A stretch of DNA of 62,600 nt, the filler included, from Collodictyon triciliatum (lineage: Eukaryota): NCBI GenBank assembly GCA_043381765.1. It is 4 parts of 4 records of this genome, joined end to end, with 100 filler letters (N's around TTAATTAATTAA, not from the genome) between each part and the next. Parts side by side here need not be neighbours in the genome. Positions count along the whole stretch, not along the records: positions 13,173 to 37,161 come from JBHJMP010000158.1; positions 37,262 to 57,043 come from JBHJMP010000159.1; 2 more parts are not named here. One strand, given 5' to 3'. Of this stretch, positions 24,615 to 39,400 are shown piece after piece (position 1 is the first letter of the stretch; the number at the start of each line of letters is the position of its first letter). The position numbers and the translations under genes are program-made. Under the pieces are notes generated by a model that was given only the letters and a program-made list of their open reading frames with translations, was not told the DNA's origin and did not search any database.

Positions 24615-27110
24615 GGGAATAAAGGTGTCATGGCTCACTGAAAACAATCGCAATATGGAAAAGGAATTATACCTCCAGAATGATTCGACATATGGGGATT
24701 GGCACCGGCACCAATAAGCATGTTTACAATAGCAGGGTCGCCTATAGCACATGCCACAAGTAAGGCTGAGCTTCCAGTATTATCAGGATGATTGATGGTA
24801 GCCTCATCACATATGTCAAGCAGAATCCGTATACATTCTTGGTTCTTGCTACAAACAGCATACATCTATCCATTTGTGAAAAGTGACGATGGGTGTGTGT
24901 GTCATTTGATGATATAGGATTCATCGCTTCTTTCTTTTTTTTTTTCGCATGATTGTTCATGACGTATAACTCATTCTATTAAAATATGTAATACCAGCGC
25001 CGTCTGGCCTTCGGAATCAGTCAACCCAGCCTTTGACACAAAAAGTCTTAGCTCATATAAAATAGCAGGGTCTCCGATGCAGGACGCCCTGTGCATTATG
25101 CAGATGAGCATTCAAAGTTTCGAGCATTTAGTTTCTCAAAGATACACATACATGAAAACGAATGGCATTATTTGATACTTTCTTTTCCCCTCCATTTGGT
25201 GCTAAATTTCTCCATAAAATATACCAGTGAACCAAACTCTTTCCTTTGCTGTCGCATGAACAAGGGTCGGAGCCGTTCTCTAAAAGATATCGCACCGCTG
25301 TGGGATAGCCTGCATACACAGAATAGAATAGGGGACTGCATCCGTCATTGTCTTGTTTGTTTACCTAGGCGCGAAATCCGTGAGTAATAATTCAACATAC
25401 ATGGAAATGTACTAAAAATTATATCCAAAATACAAAAAAATTCAGCCGCGTTCAAAAAAAAGAACGAAAATGTAAAATTAGGTATATTTTGATCGGAAAC
25501 AATTATTTACCCTGGAACCAGACTTTATTAATAATTTCATAATATCGAGGGAACCAGAATAAGCAGCTGCATGCAAAGGGATTCTTCCAAAGATATCCTT
25601 TTGAATAATTTTGTAATCAAATATGCGATTTGTGTGGTTATTAATTTGGTTATGATTATTTATCCCATTCATATGGATTCCAACATCGTAATTAACAATA
25701 TACTTGGCTGTGGACGTCCGACCCAAAATCAATCAATAGCCTGACGACATCAATATGACCAAAAAAACAAGCAAGAAAAAGAGGTGTCAAGCCATCAGCA
25801 TCTGCCAAATACATCGATTGAAAGTTTGCTGGGATTGTCAAGCGGCTTCTCAAATCGTCCACAAGTCCGAAAGCAGATAAAAGGTGAGTTCTCCAGCGCT
25901 CCTTTTCGTATCAGAAATGAATTCAAACGAAAAGGAAATTTTATTAGCATTCAAATCACTGGTGTGCGAGCAATATAATCAACTCAATAGATTTTTGAGA
26001 TACTTAAATTATATTGTAACTCAAACCTCATCTTTATAGTACAGCTTATCGATGAATAGGGAGCAAATGGCGCTGTCATTATTTCCTAAAGGGAACCAAG
26101 CACAAATTTAATGGCTTATGGACAAATGCGGTAAAGATAAGTTATCGAACGGAACAAACTTAAAAAAAGGGGCCCTGTCTCTGGCAAGTAAAGCTGATAG
26201 AAAGGAGGAAACACCTTGTGAAAATCTGCCGTATTTTAAAATTGCATTTTCTTAGCATTATTCTCATATATAGATGCCATTAAACTATGCCATGATGATA
26301 AATGATCGCTTAGTAATTATTTTTTTAAGAAAAAAAAATTAGGCACGCCGTCCACATTACCCACCAATCTCTTTTCGATGAACAGTCATGATTTTGTGAT
26401 TATGGCACTCAACTTTGCGACCATTAAGGGATGTATGTAGAAAAGAGGGTGTGAATCGGAATATATCTTGGTTTGTGACTTTTGCATTTTCATCGTTTTC
26501 AGAGTCTGAATTCGATGATGGGGATTCATATCCACTTCTTTTGAAAAACTTGCGTTTTTTTTCCGTCAAAAAGTCACACTCATCTTCACTACTTGAAACA
26601 CTCTCGGATTTACTAATTGTACGAAAATCAGGTTTCGATAACTCCTTGCTGGTTGATTGGCTCGATTTAACGCCTAAAGGAGGAGAAGAATCAAAATAGA
26701 AAGGGAAAAAATCCTCCTTTTTTTTTTTTTTGATACATCAAGTTGTGCACAGGATGGAAGTTTTTGCAACATTTATACCAAAAGGTGTTAAGGGTGGCGG
26801 GGTCTTGGATGATAGTAAATCACGATTCGAGTTAGTTGCCTTGATTGCTTTACTAATAATAAATATATTACTGGTAATTGTATGTAATATCGGACTTTAA
26901 AGAATTTTATGATTCCAGCTAGGTTCAATCGGTTTTTTTTTTTTAATACCTTCCTTCATACCCTGTGGTTTTAATATGTGCACTTGTCTGATATTCCTTG
27001 AGTGGCTGGCGACTTGCCACCGTAATGTCTTTATTAATTGTGGGGCAAAAAAAAGCCAAAAAAGCCAAAAAAGCCAAAAAAGCCAAAAAAGCCAAAAAAG
27101 CCAAAAAGGC

Positions 27111-27208
<98 letters not shown>

Positions 27209-28871
27209 GGCGAAATTAGGCGCAATATAGGAACACCCAAAAATAGAAAAGGACAATCAAAGCGTATTCTTAAAATCGAGAAAGAGATGAAGATAAAAAT
27301 TTGAAACTAATTATATGTCCATATATTGGAATTCGAGATTGATGTGGGTGCACATTTAATGACCCGTTAAGAAAAAAAAACTCACCGTACGGGCATTGAT
27401 AACGAGTGAGTTGTCTCGCATATCTCTTGTGAAAAGAAGCCTCAAATAAACTTTCTGAAATCTTAACGCTCTCTTCCATTGGCGTATCTACCCGCTTGCT
27501 AGTAATTCGATTTTTGGAGAAAGTTTTGATCGAAATGCTGACCTATGTTGCAGTAAAAAGCGAATAACAGAAACAGCATCAATCATCAAGACACAGCACC
27601 AAAAAGAGCTACTTTTTTCATGGCTCGATATAAGTGAATGGAAGGAGGTTTGAATTCATATAAGCATGTATTTTTCAGTAGGTAATGAATCGCAACAGTT
27701 ATGGCTGCAACTGCATTTGGAGCCAAATTAAGTTAGATTTTACCTCTTCTGTGTCGTCTTCGATGGGTTCGTTCATGACCGGTGATTTGACTGATACTGA
27801 ATGCGATAACTGTGACGCTGGTCGACAAAAGTCATCTATTCTTGTTTTCTTTACAGAAAATTAATGTGATTTATTTTGTTATCATTTTCTCTTTAATGCA
27901 ATTTTAATAATTGCTGAATAAGGACATAGGTGATAGAAGAAGAAGAAGAAGAAGAAGAAGAAGAAGAAGAANNNNNNNNNNNNNNAGAAGAAGAAGAAGA
28001 AGAAGAAGAAGAAGAAGAAGAAGAAGAAGAAGAAATAGGGGTTTCAATCAATACGTAATTTGGATATGATATTCAAGGAATTTCACAGGGAAAATACATA
28101 CTTGCAATAATAAAGATTCGATTTCATGAGCAGATTTATCGAACATTTGTGCAGAATCAGAATTTGATTCACCCTTCAAATTGGTTTCAAAAATACTAAT
28201 TGCGTTTGTTTGCTTTACTTCCATATCATATTCGGTCTCACCGCCTGATTCATAAATTTTTTCATCAGCTTGGTACGGAGCTGAGCCCTGAAATAATTAT
28301 AAATTAATATGCTATTTTCTGCATTTTTCGAAGAAAAAAATCTTGATTGAAGTTGCTAGATAATCAAAATATCCAGGACAAAGGCATGCATGACATGGTC
28401 ATTTCAAATATGAACTGAAAGAGTTGCGTATGGTCGGAGTTACGGTTTTGCTATAATATTTCTCACCTGACATAATACTACTTCTTGCAGCTCCTCAGCT
28501 CTCTTAGACATAGATAAATGGACGATACATGGATGATAAATATATATATATATATATTAAATGGATGATAAAAGATGCCAAATGGATGATAAAAAGTAAA
28601 TAGAAAAAGTCTATTGGAACGAATGGTGCTTGTTTTCCTGGCTAACCTCCTCATCCTGCTTCGGTTGATCAGAAGCTCCTGAAGTGGGGCGAATCGGCTG
28701 AATCTCCACACTTCCGACAGACTCTGTGGGCGGATTTGTGTTTGATGCAGAGCTTTTCTGAGACGGCGTTTTCAGAAGTGCAGACGACCTTCGCTTCACC
28801 ATTTCATTCGAGGCCACCGACTTTGACTTCATCTCCACAGAGGCGACACGCCTCGAAGCACCGCAGCCCAT
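22945..28871 (-). CDS. N-acylated ankyrin-repeat protein with a large uncharacterised C-terminal region
   Basis: Starts MGCGAS. Ankyrin repeats DIFGRIPLHAAAYSGSLDIMKLLI, AGYPTAVRYLLENGSDP, DNTGSSALLVACAIGDPAIVNMLIGAGANP, LHYASLAGNVDIV..DKNGNTPLIWA. Ends in a long exon at about 22945-24180. Confidence 0.72.
24537..24610. repeat. (AATC)n intronic microsatellite
   Basis: Tandem tetramer array. Confidence 0.9.
27051..27208. repeat. Compound repeat: 9-mer (AAAAAGCCA) about 6 times, then (AAT)n
   Basis: Directly visible, intronic. Confidence 0.9.
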
Positions 28872-29231
28872 ATGGAACCTTTGCTGAAGAGAGGATAGCC
28901 CGTCTGTCTGGTTGTTTGTTTTTCTCTTTTTCTTCTTTTTCTTTTTCTTTTGGTTTCTGGTCTGTGTATCTTTGAGATGATCCCCAGCGCGCAAAGTCTC
29001 ACACCTTGTAAGTCACGCTGCGAAAGTCAGGAGAGGGAGAGAAGACAGGACGAAGCTGAAGTGAAGAATCTTGAGAAGTGAAGATACGAACGGATAATGA
29101 TACTCTGTTCTTTGTTTTTAAAGAATAGAGGAGAGGGTATAATAGTTTGGCTCGAGTAGGAACAGCTTTGCGGGCACTTTCACAGACTTCAAGAGCTATC
29201 TGCGTTCCTCTATAAACCTCGGGCGCAACAA

Positions 29232-29275
<44 letters not shown>

Positions 29276-29565
29276 GCTTTGGGGCTTGTATTGCTTTGGT
29301 AGAGTAGTCTATGTGGGTCACTTTTGCCTCTCTATTTCGCCAATCGCTTTCCTTTACAAACTTTCTTTCCTTCTAGAAACACACAGAGACTCTGGCCAAT
29401 AAAACTCAGAATCTTTCGCAAACACTCACGCAGCCGTCTCTTATCTCAGACGCGGTGATGCCTCTAGTTCTGCCCTCTCTTCAAAGAGATTGAAAGGAAA
29501 CGAGAGAAAGAAAAGAAAGGAAAGAAAATACACAGCGAAAAAGATCCTTTGGATACGTTGCGGTT

Positions 29566-32500
29566 TCATCTTTTAGGAGGCCGACTTCGCATCAGGTACT
29601 GCTTCCACATGTTAAAGGCGCGGCGTATTCTTTTCAGTTCGGCCAGGCGAATGATTTTGCGGTGGAATTGTCTATGCCCTTTCACAGCACTCACATACTT
29701 CCTCCATCTCTGAAACAAAAGGAGTGTCACCTGGTACTGCACCAAAATGCACTGACGGACGAGCTGTCTGGGCTGTGTGTACTCTGGTTTGGGTTTCCGT
29801 CTAGTAGGCGATGAGAAATATGAGCCAAGGGTGATTATCTGGCCGTGTGGACAGCGCATCTATCTGCCTGAAACAAATATCATATTCTCCGCCATGTTAG
29901 ATCAGCAAGTATATAGAAAACTTGCTTTGGTGATACGCAAACGGATCTGTCCTTCGAAGATGCGGTCCATGTTGTTTGGGCTCTTTGGATGGAAAGTGGA
30001 ATCTGTTGTTTCACCAGGATTCAAGGAGTGTATTAGCGTATGAGATTCTATGTGTTGGATGGCATCGTACTTAAGTAGCTCATTAATGGTATAAATGAAT
30101 ATCCGCAATCAAAACGAGCTCGATAAGTAGCAGTACAGTAAAACAATATACCTGGGCACTTGCATTCCAAAACCTGAAGTGGGAGAGCCTTTCAGAGTAG
30201 AAAAGGTCAGACTTCAGTTGATTATGCTGTTTCTTTTTCCGTTGCAAGGTATAATACCTCCAATTGTGAAACATATGGAACATCTTTTTTTGCTGCCTAT
30301 GTGAATAAGCATGCATCCATCTGACCCAAAACCGATCCAGAATGCGACAGCGAACATTAGAATAATTGCGTTCGAGTTCAGCTTTTCGAATGGTAAAATG
30401 CACCCACTCGGAAAACAGTCTACGAAGGGCTTTCTCTCTCCAGAAGGTGAGAGCAATCTTTCTTCTGCAAAGATTTTAAAGACACAAATTAAAAAAAATC
30501 ATTTCTTTTATTCGTATTAACATACACTATGAAATCAGGAGTGATGGATTTAATTGGATGAAATTGTTACTTATTAACAATATAATACATCCAGTTGTTA
30601 AATACACATTTCGTCAAAGTATTGATGTGATGCCTTTCAGGAGTCGATCATAATAGAGGGGGGAAAAAGTTGGCGAGTTATCGTTTTAGGCCACTAAATA
30701 GAGTATGTATGTCTCAAGAAAATAAAAGGTTTATTTTGTGATTGATGCTGTAAAATATGAATCATTGAACTTCAGTTATTGTTGTTGTTATTATTCTAAA
30801 AAAAAAAAAAACCTTTGTGGTTTCCAGTGTCGCCTAACAACATGGCGCCAAAGTCCAAAATGAATTCTATACAACAATAACCATTGAAATAGGAGATAAG
30901 AAAAAAATATTTTTAAAAAAAGAAAAACACTTACAACATCCTTTGTTTGCGCAAATGTTTTTTATGCGCAATAATTATTTTCCATGCAGAGAGAGCCTGA
31001 TACAGTGGATTGAGCATCCTCCATTTATTCATAAATCGATGTATTTTCATCTTTTGGTCTTGGGTTGTAATTCTCCATACCCTAAAGTAGTCATACATAC
31101 GCCTCCTCCTTGACGCATATAAAACTGTGTATATATTGGCTCTTATTTATGTTTCTTGATAATTAATTTACATAATTTTATTTTGTTTCAAATCGCATGT
31201 CCTCTGTTTGTACATATAAACTGAACATAAGCACATATATTTTTGTATGAGATCCGATGAAGACTGACGTTTTTTAACCCTAAGGCGTAGTCTCACTGCG
31301 TGCATCCAATGATGCCAATATTGTCTCATGTAGTTTGATTGACATATGTACGTAAAAGTCCTCCAGTGCATGATTTTTCTCCAATGCAAAAAAGCTCTGT
31401 ATAGGATGCGCATATTTTCTTCATATGAATCCTCAGGACCATCCCATATTAGCTGAACAAATGGCTGGATTTTCTTCAAAGCAGTTCTCTCTGTTCAGAA
31501 ATAGATAAATCGGTAAAAATATGAATTTTTTTTCATAAAATGACTCAAATTTAAAATAATTCCAATAGAATGTGCCATTAAAAAAGTTAATATTTTTTTC
31601 CGAGAATGGTCAATTTTTTTCTACAAAGAAATAGGAAAATCTGCACAATAAAGCCAGTGAAAGATATAAGAGATACAGAGGTGAAAAATTGATATTTTCT
31701 CAGTATTCTTTTATTGAAACTAACGCTCAGAAATACGCTTCCATTTAAGAAAGACATCACGCGTAATCTTGGTGGCATTGTAATGCATGATCTTCAGTTG
31801 AATAAGTTTGAAGTACACCCTTTTTTGAGCATGGGCAGTCAAAGCCTGCGATATGTAGATTGGTAAATATTAGAAGATAAATTCATATTTGATAGTCTAT
31901 CACGCTTAATGCATCTAAATATGGGGGGAATTAACATATTAAAGCGACTCTATCCTTTATGATTTGCATATCATGCATACACCATTTAGTTTTAAACAAG
32001 AATAATACTTTATTATTTGAATATATACACTTACATCCAAACAATTCCGACACAATCGGGCAAAGTAATACAGTTGAGCTTCCATCAAATTTTTCCTCTT
32101 AATTCGTCGGTGGATGGTATACGCCACCAACTTTGATAGGTGCTTTTTTTTCATCAGTAATTTTCTAGCACTTTCCCCACGTTGCTTGCTCCTCCATCCT
32201 CCAATTATCAAACCATCAACTAGTTTTTTAAAAAAGTACTGCTGCATATTCTTCTTATCGTGTAAAACGGCTAATTTTACGCTGTAATTATGATCATTAT
32301 TGAATGAGGGGTTGGGTAATTTAACTAGAAGGGTAACTATAAACGTTTAATAAAAATGATCGAATCGAAAAACCTAATGTGCATCTGAATAATAAAAAAA
32401 AATTAATAAAATAATAAACCTAAAGTCAATGTAGCGTTTACGCCGCAGCCATATTCCAAAGAAAATGGACAAACTTTTCGATCTGTCACAACGCTGCGAT

Positions 32501-35500
32501 TGCTTTTTCAATCTCTGTTTTTGAGTTCTTTCAATCCAAAGCCGAAGACATCTGCGTAGCATCGATTGCTCGGAGAATGATCGGCATATCATATGTAAAG
32601 GCGCTGACCAATACTCGGAAGGGCTAACTCTGATACTTCTTTTCTTCAATGGTAGTGGTTGGACAGTCTCATCACTCCCATGAACTCGTACACTCACATG
32701 TCCTTCTTTAGCAAAAAATGGTGTTTTGTTTTGTTGTTTTAAAAAATTACACATCAAAAGATAACCAGAAAATACTATATCAATCTCCATATGAACTACA
32801 ATCAATTTCACTTCATTTCAATCCAATAAAAGGAAGATATTTACTTCTATCTTGATTTTCTATTATTGATGGATGTTCATTGAAGCTGTCATTGCTGTTG
32901 ATTTCGTTAAGCAAGAATCTTGCTCGGTTGATCAAATAAAAAATTCTGTGGGATGGTATAGATATTGAACGTGCAGCTATCCTCTTCAGTTGAACAGATA
33001 CATCAATTAACTCTTTCATGTCCTTGTCATTCAAGAGTGATACTAATGTAGCCAACTGTGTATCTCTAGCCGAAATTTCATTACTAGATCATTCTAGGTT
33101 AATACAAATGCAATACGCTCGAAAAATGACAAATTGAAGAGAAAAAAAAAAAGGAAAAAAGGAAAAAAAAAANNNNNNNNNNNNNNNNNNNNNNNNNNNN
33201 NNNNNNNNNNNNNNNNNNNNNNNNNNNNNNNNNNNNNNNNNNNNNNNNNNNNNNNNNNNNNNNNNNNNNNNNAAAGAAAAAAAAAAAAAGGAAAAAGGAA
33301 GAAAAAGGAAGAAAAAGGAAGAAAAAGGAAGAAAAAAGGAAGAAAAAAGGAAGAAAAAAGGAAGAAAAAAGGAAGAAAAAAGGAAGAAAAAAGGAAGAAA
33401 AAAGGAAGAAAAAAGAAGAAAAAAGAAGAAAAAAGAAGAAAAAAGAAGAAAAAGGAAGAAAAAGGAAGAAAAAGGAAGGAAAAGGAAGGAAAAGGAAGGA
33501 AAAGGAAGGAAAAGGAAGGAAAAGGAAGGAAAAGGAAGAAAAAGGAAGAAAAAGGAAAAATCGAAAGATCTTTTCCTTGCCAATACCGTATGGATAGAAT
33601 AATTAAAGTATTAAGTACAGTAAGAATAAATATAAAAATGATAGCAGACCTCGGGATAGGGAACCTACTGTAATCTCCAGATTGCAAACGTCCTATAACT
33701 TTGGCCTAAATTCATTTTTTATTTTATTGTTACATTTAGATTTAAGAGCCAAGCTCAAATCACTTTTCTTAAAAAAGAAAAAGAAAAAGAGGAAACGATT
33801 TTTGATGATATCTTAACACCTATTATCATAAATGAATAAGATATTATTACTTTTTTCCTTTATTCGATTCAAAGAAGATATTATTATAATAATATCAAGC
33901 TTCAAGTATGCATCACATAAATAAATAAATAAAAAAAGAACAAATCAAATTTAGTAAATTAAAATCACGAGATATGATGAAACCTTCATTTCCTTCCTAT
34001 AGTTATGCTGGTCTACCCAAGTGCCATAAAAGCACTTCCATGTCGATAATTTTTTGAATCTTTCAGCAACGCTATTGGCCACTCTATGATTCCATTTGAG
34101 ACAAGTATGATGTAAGAGTACAGAGAAATACTTTTGTAGAACTCGGGCCTCTTGAATTTTTGTCACATAGCTACAAACCCTTCTAGTTTCTCTTTTAGTC
34201 TCGGAATACACTTGCCAGCGAACAAAACTTTTTTTTAGCAATTGCAGTCCTGAGAAATTTCCTGCTAGAAGAAATCTTCTCCTTCTCTCCTTCTTCAATT
34301 GTTTATAACTGTACCAATCATCAAAATAGTTTCGTTTGATTCTTCCTAATACAGCCGTTTGAAACTCTAATATTCTTTTCCGTTGACCTATCTTTGCAAC
34401 GACAAAGTTGTACCAAATCTGTAAGATCTTCTCCATTAAGCGGACATTGTAAAAAAAATGCGCATTTTGCTCTCTTTGCCTTGTATTGACTTCGGAATGA
34501 ACTCTATCCCTCCATAAAATAAAATACATTTCATAACATTTTCTAGTTTGTTTCCTTTCATATAGGCAATAAATATCCCTGAGGAGCATTGCCTTTTTTG
34601 TATAAAATAACCACTTTCTCAACACTAGTGTTCCTAATTTTGATAAATGAATAGATTTCAACCGAAGGTACCTCGTTTTCTTGTTGTGTCGATTAACTGC
34701 GTGCACCTTTAAACGAGCAAATGACTGTCTTGACAGGATTTTAGTTCTCCACTCGACTGCTTTCTGTTCTATCGCCTTTTCGAGAACAAGGTGTTTGTGT
34801 TTTTTGTTCCACGTTGAAAATACGAGACTAAGGATTCTCCATCTATGCAGTATATCTGCATGTTTGATCAAATTCGTTTTTTCTCTCCTTTTGATCAAAT
34901 ATGATAGCCAGTTTTGGAAAGACAATGACACAATCCGTAGATTTTTGTTTCCCAAATATCTGTCTGCATTCAACATCATCTCACGTTTCCACAGAACGAA
35001 TGACATCCATCTGGAAAAGTAGCGATGGAAAAGTTTGGAACGGCGGTACTCTGCTGCTCGAATTTGATAGGACATGTACACTGCCAAAGCCTTGGTCTTT
35101 GAGAGCCATTCGTTAAATGCATGTTTTTTGATTTTATTCGACCGATATTCATGAATTATGTTTGCTTGATGTCTTAAATTACTATTTTTGATCCAGTAGC
35201 TCTTCCATATGCCGTAAAACTGTTTCAGAGTCGTATACCTGTAGAGTCTTATCGATAGAGCTATATTCCTCCATAGCTGAAAGATGTATTTACTTTTCTT
35301 TTGTGCAAGAAACATCAAAATAGATTGATCGCGTTGTTTCTGGGTTCTTCTTTGAATGACATATTGAATCCAGCAATCAATTGTTTTTCTCAGCAGCAAC
35401 ATCTTATAAAAACTGACACTCAAAATGTGATTCGCTCTTACTTTTTTACGATATATCATATTGGTTTTAAGGGCTTTGAACCCACGAGAAAGAAGCTCAC

Positions 35501-36437
35501 GATTTCTGCACAAAGTTACATTTTCATTGAACCGTCGGCGGGATACGCTCTTTTGGTACTGAGCCTCCCAGTAGTCGAAGACCTTCCTCATCTATTTTAC
35601 ATATTATTAATATTATGAGAAAATGGCTCTCTCAAATATAAAAAAATACACGATATTATTATTTTTATTGACTAGCGAATGTAGTGGCATAATGGTTCTT
35701 TTTAATCAAGAAAGGAGGACTAGTGTGTCAAAAAAAAAAAAACAGCTTACAAAACGAATTCGAATAATATCTTCAATCTTTTTGATTTTTTTTAGAGGAG
35801 TCATTCTATCTTTCCAAATACCGAAGCAGTATTTTACTAGGCTAACTAAAAGAAAAACGTGTTGCGGATGTTACCATAAATGTGGGTTGTAAGTTGATGT
35901 TTTTTCTCTCGGTGGTTTGCAAAGTGGTACTTAAAAATGAGTAGATTCTGAAAAGCTAGACGAACCGTTCGTATTTTTCACGCACAAATCAACTAGCTTA
36001 CTTCTGGTACCATTCATCTGTGCAAACCCACGAAGAGCATTGAAAACGAACAAAAGCTGATATTTTTTTATTAATCCCTCCACGAGATTAATTTTAACCT
36101 CAGTTCCGTCCCAGTTTGCTTCATTCTTGTCCCACTCATTCTTCCAATATTGAAATTCTAGCGCCTTCTGTTGTGCTTGTGGTGTTCCATATACATTTTT
36201 ACTTCCATAAGCTCGAAGCTCTGGGCGATAAGCTGCATGTTTTACATGAAAAACATTGAAGTATTAAGTTTAATTCTCGAAATGACATAATGAAGTATTG
36301 CAGGTGTAATTTATCGTACGTCGGTGATGGTGCTTTTCACTCGGGGTATAAAGTACAAATGCGAATGTCTCATCAGCTGCCCGACTACGTGAGTGCAACA
36401 TTTCTTGCGCAGCCTTTTCTTCAATCAGTTGCGACAT
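29566..36437 (-). CDS. SFI1: Sfi1-like centrin-binding protein
   Basis: Basic helical protein with many regularly spaced F/L-x-x-W motifs (KVFDYW, YIFQLW, HAFNEW, RYFSRW, LSFQNW, LVFSTW, KSFVRW, RAFNMW), including a 546-codon open stretch at 33951-35591. The first exon (MSQLIEEK) splices in phase to the second. Confidence 0.7.
33273..33558. repeat. Purine-rich (AAAAGGAAG-type) intronic repeat
   Basis: Degenerate tandem array beside an N-gap. Confidence 0.85.
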
Positions 36438-36857
36438 TTTCCCCCATATCTCAGACAGCTTCAACAATAATGATGAGAGCGAGAGAGAAGAATTACATAA
36501 ATGATAGAAATAGATATTTTAAATTGCGTGATTGGTATCAGAGGTAACCAAGTTTACAAGTTTGATACGTGAGAAAAAGAGAAGTCGGCCCACAAAAGTA
36601 AATTCTAATTTGGTTTCCGAATTGAAGAGTCGATTGAGACATATGCTTTGGTACATACATCACGACACCATTGTCGATGCTTACTCAAAACGCTCATATG
36701 GATGGCTCGAATTCGGCAGCTTTTCTCTGTCGCTGATACTGCTTCGAAATCGGGGAGTAGAGACATCCTGGTGCTTTCTAAGTGCGCATTATTTGGCTTT
36801 CACAAAATGGGATACAGAAACAAGGGAGAGTCGTTTGGGAGCAAAACAAAGTCGAAG

Positions 36858-37063
36858 ATGACCTCCGAGTTTTTAGTTTGTAAATGTAGAGAGAAAAGAA
36901 AAGACACTCGTTGAAGTGTAGAAGGGAAGTATGCATATCAACTGTTGAGGTTTGAATTATTTCCAGTCACATTAACGAAGCAAGGTTGATTTCGATTATC
37001 AGTACTTTTTATTTTCAGCTTCATGTTTGATCCCCAGGTACTTCGTTCAGATCTTATCTCGTA

Positions 37064-37161
<98 letters not shown>

Positions 37162-39303
37162 NNNNNNNNNNNNNNNNNNNNNNNNNNNNNNNNNNNNNNN
37201 NNNNNTTAATTAATTAANNNNNNNNNNNNNNNNNNNNNNNNNNNNNNNNNNNNNNNNNNNNAGTATTATTTTTAGTATTATTTTTAGTATTATTTTTAGT
37301 ATTATTTTTAGTATTATTTTTAGTATTATTTTTAGTATTATTTTTAGTATTATTTTTAGTATTATCATTATCATTATCCTCATCATTAAATTCTAATTTT
37401 ATAAAAGTTATGATAGTTACTAATTGCTTCTTTTTTTTCTTTAATGAATATCTTTCTACCATCGGTAATAAAGACGGGACCCTTGTCGTCCGAGAGACGT
37501 CCACAAGTACATATATTTTTTATTAAGCTTTTGACATGATTCCATATAGTTCAGACCTGGTGCTGTCATTCTATTGAAAGAATGAGCAAGTATGAAATCC
37601 AGGCATATCCGACTTAATCCATTTTATCTGTTCATTATCCCGCATATTTCAGGGAAAGAAAAATCATTGAAGTCGCACGATGAACTGCACTTCTGCAATC
37701 CGGATGGTTAGTAAATGAATTTGGAGGAAACATGATTGAGAATAATGCTAAATTTGTCTGGATAGATAAATTGATATATGCCTCAATAGTTGGTAATCCT
37801 ACTATTATTGATTAAAAAACTTTCAGTTGAAGGAGGGTATCCGGATATGACGAGTCTAAACCATCTGAATGAAGCTGCAATTCTTTACAATCTCCGATTT
37901 CGTTTTAAACTCGATACTGTTTATACATATTGGTAACCACAGCACTTTTATATCAAATATATTAGGGCTACGTCAAATTATTTATTTCTTTCAATTTACC
38001 CAAAATGATGAGTTTTGTAATTTTTGTGACAAATAGATATCTTTTTCACAATTTTCATTCAGTGGCCGAACCTGCATTGCCGTAAATCCCTTCAAATGGC
38101 TTGACCTTTACAGTGCCAATAAGATCAAACAGTATCACGACGGCGATCCTGGTCTGCCGATGAACCATAATTCCTTTTTAAAAAAATAATAATGCCAATC
38201 AACTATCTTAAAAAGAAAGTGCATACTTAGAAGGGATGTTGCCTTATATATATTTGTAAGATTATACATCTTGTTTCATATATAATTAGAACAAGAACCG
38301 CCACATATCTTTGCGGTTGCAGAAAATGCCTATAGGTATTCACGATTTTGAATTAATTTTATTGTTCAAATTATACTATCATAGCAACTCTCGCATTTTT
38401 TTTCTGAGCTGACACGCTTAATGTAATATCTGGCAAGCTGTTTGCGAGTAATATGTAAAGTCGATTTGATATTATGAATGGCATACAGGCTAATGTGCAA
38501 ACATCAGAGGAATCAATCCATTCTTGTGAGTGGAGAAAGGTTTTTTCCCATCACTTTATAGTTAACTATATCCTACTATAACTAGCAATATCTTAATTGG
38601 ATGGTAACATTTACAAACACATCAATCTAGTGGAGCTGGTAAGACCGAAACTACAAAATTGCTTCTGAAATACCTGGCTCAGGTTGCGCACACTGGGAAT
38701 CAAGAAATTACTGACCGGGTTCTGCAATCGAATCCTCTTCTTGAGGTTTGCATCCTTCTCTTCATTTCCCCTTTCAATATGTATATGTATCATCTCATCA
38801 AACTCGTGTAGATTAATATGATTTAATCTCGTAATCTTTGACGGATTTTCTAGGCTTTCGGTAATGCAAAAACTGTTCGTAACGATAACAGTAGCAGATT
38901 TGGTAAGTTTATAGAACTCCAATTCAACTCTGATAACCATGTTATAGGAGCAAGTATCCAAGTGAGTCAACATCATCCTACAGTTACCAGAATCTTTTTA
39001 TATAATTTAAGGCATCGTAAGTCTGACGGTTTTTTATATATATTATGTAGACATACCTTTTAGAAAAATCCCGAGTCGTCTATTTATCTCCCAAGGAAAG
39101 AAATTATCATATTTTCTATCAGGTATTGTTTTATTTCATGTTTTTGTTTTTGTTTTTTGCTAGAAAAGGTTCCAATGTTGTTTTGTTTAAATTATGCAGT
39201 TGGTTGCTGGAGCAGATTCTCAGTTAAGAAGTGAGCTTTGTCTCTCTGATGATCCAAAGACTTATCATTACCTAAACCAAAGGCAAGCATACAGTCCCAT
39301 TAC

Positions 39304-39400
<97 letters not shown>

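Noticed and set aside
29150-29272. Poly-A run as a possible SINE or retrocopy tail
   Set aside because: No TSD or Pol III boxes are evident, and homopolymers are common in this genome.
37262-37365. 12-bp tandem repeat as a possible CRISPR-like array
   Set aside because: There are no unique spacers. It is a simple intronic minisatellite.
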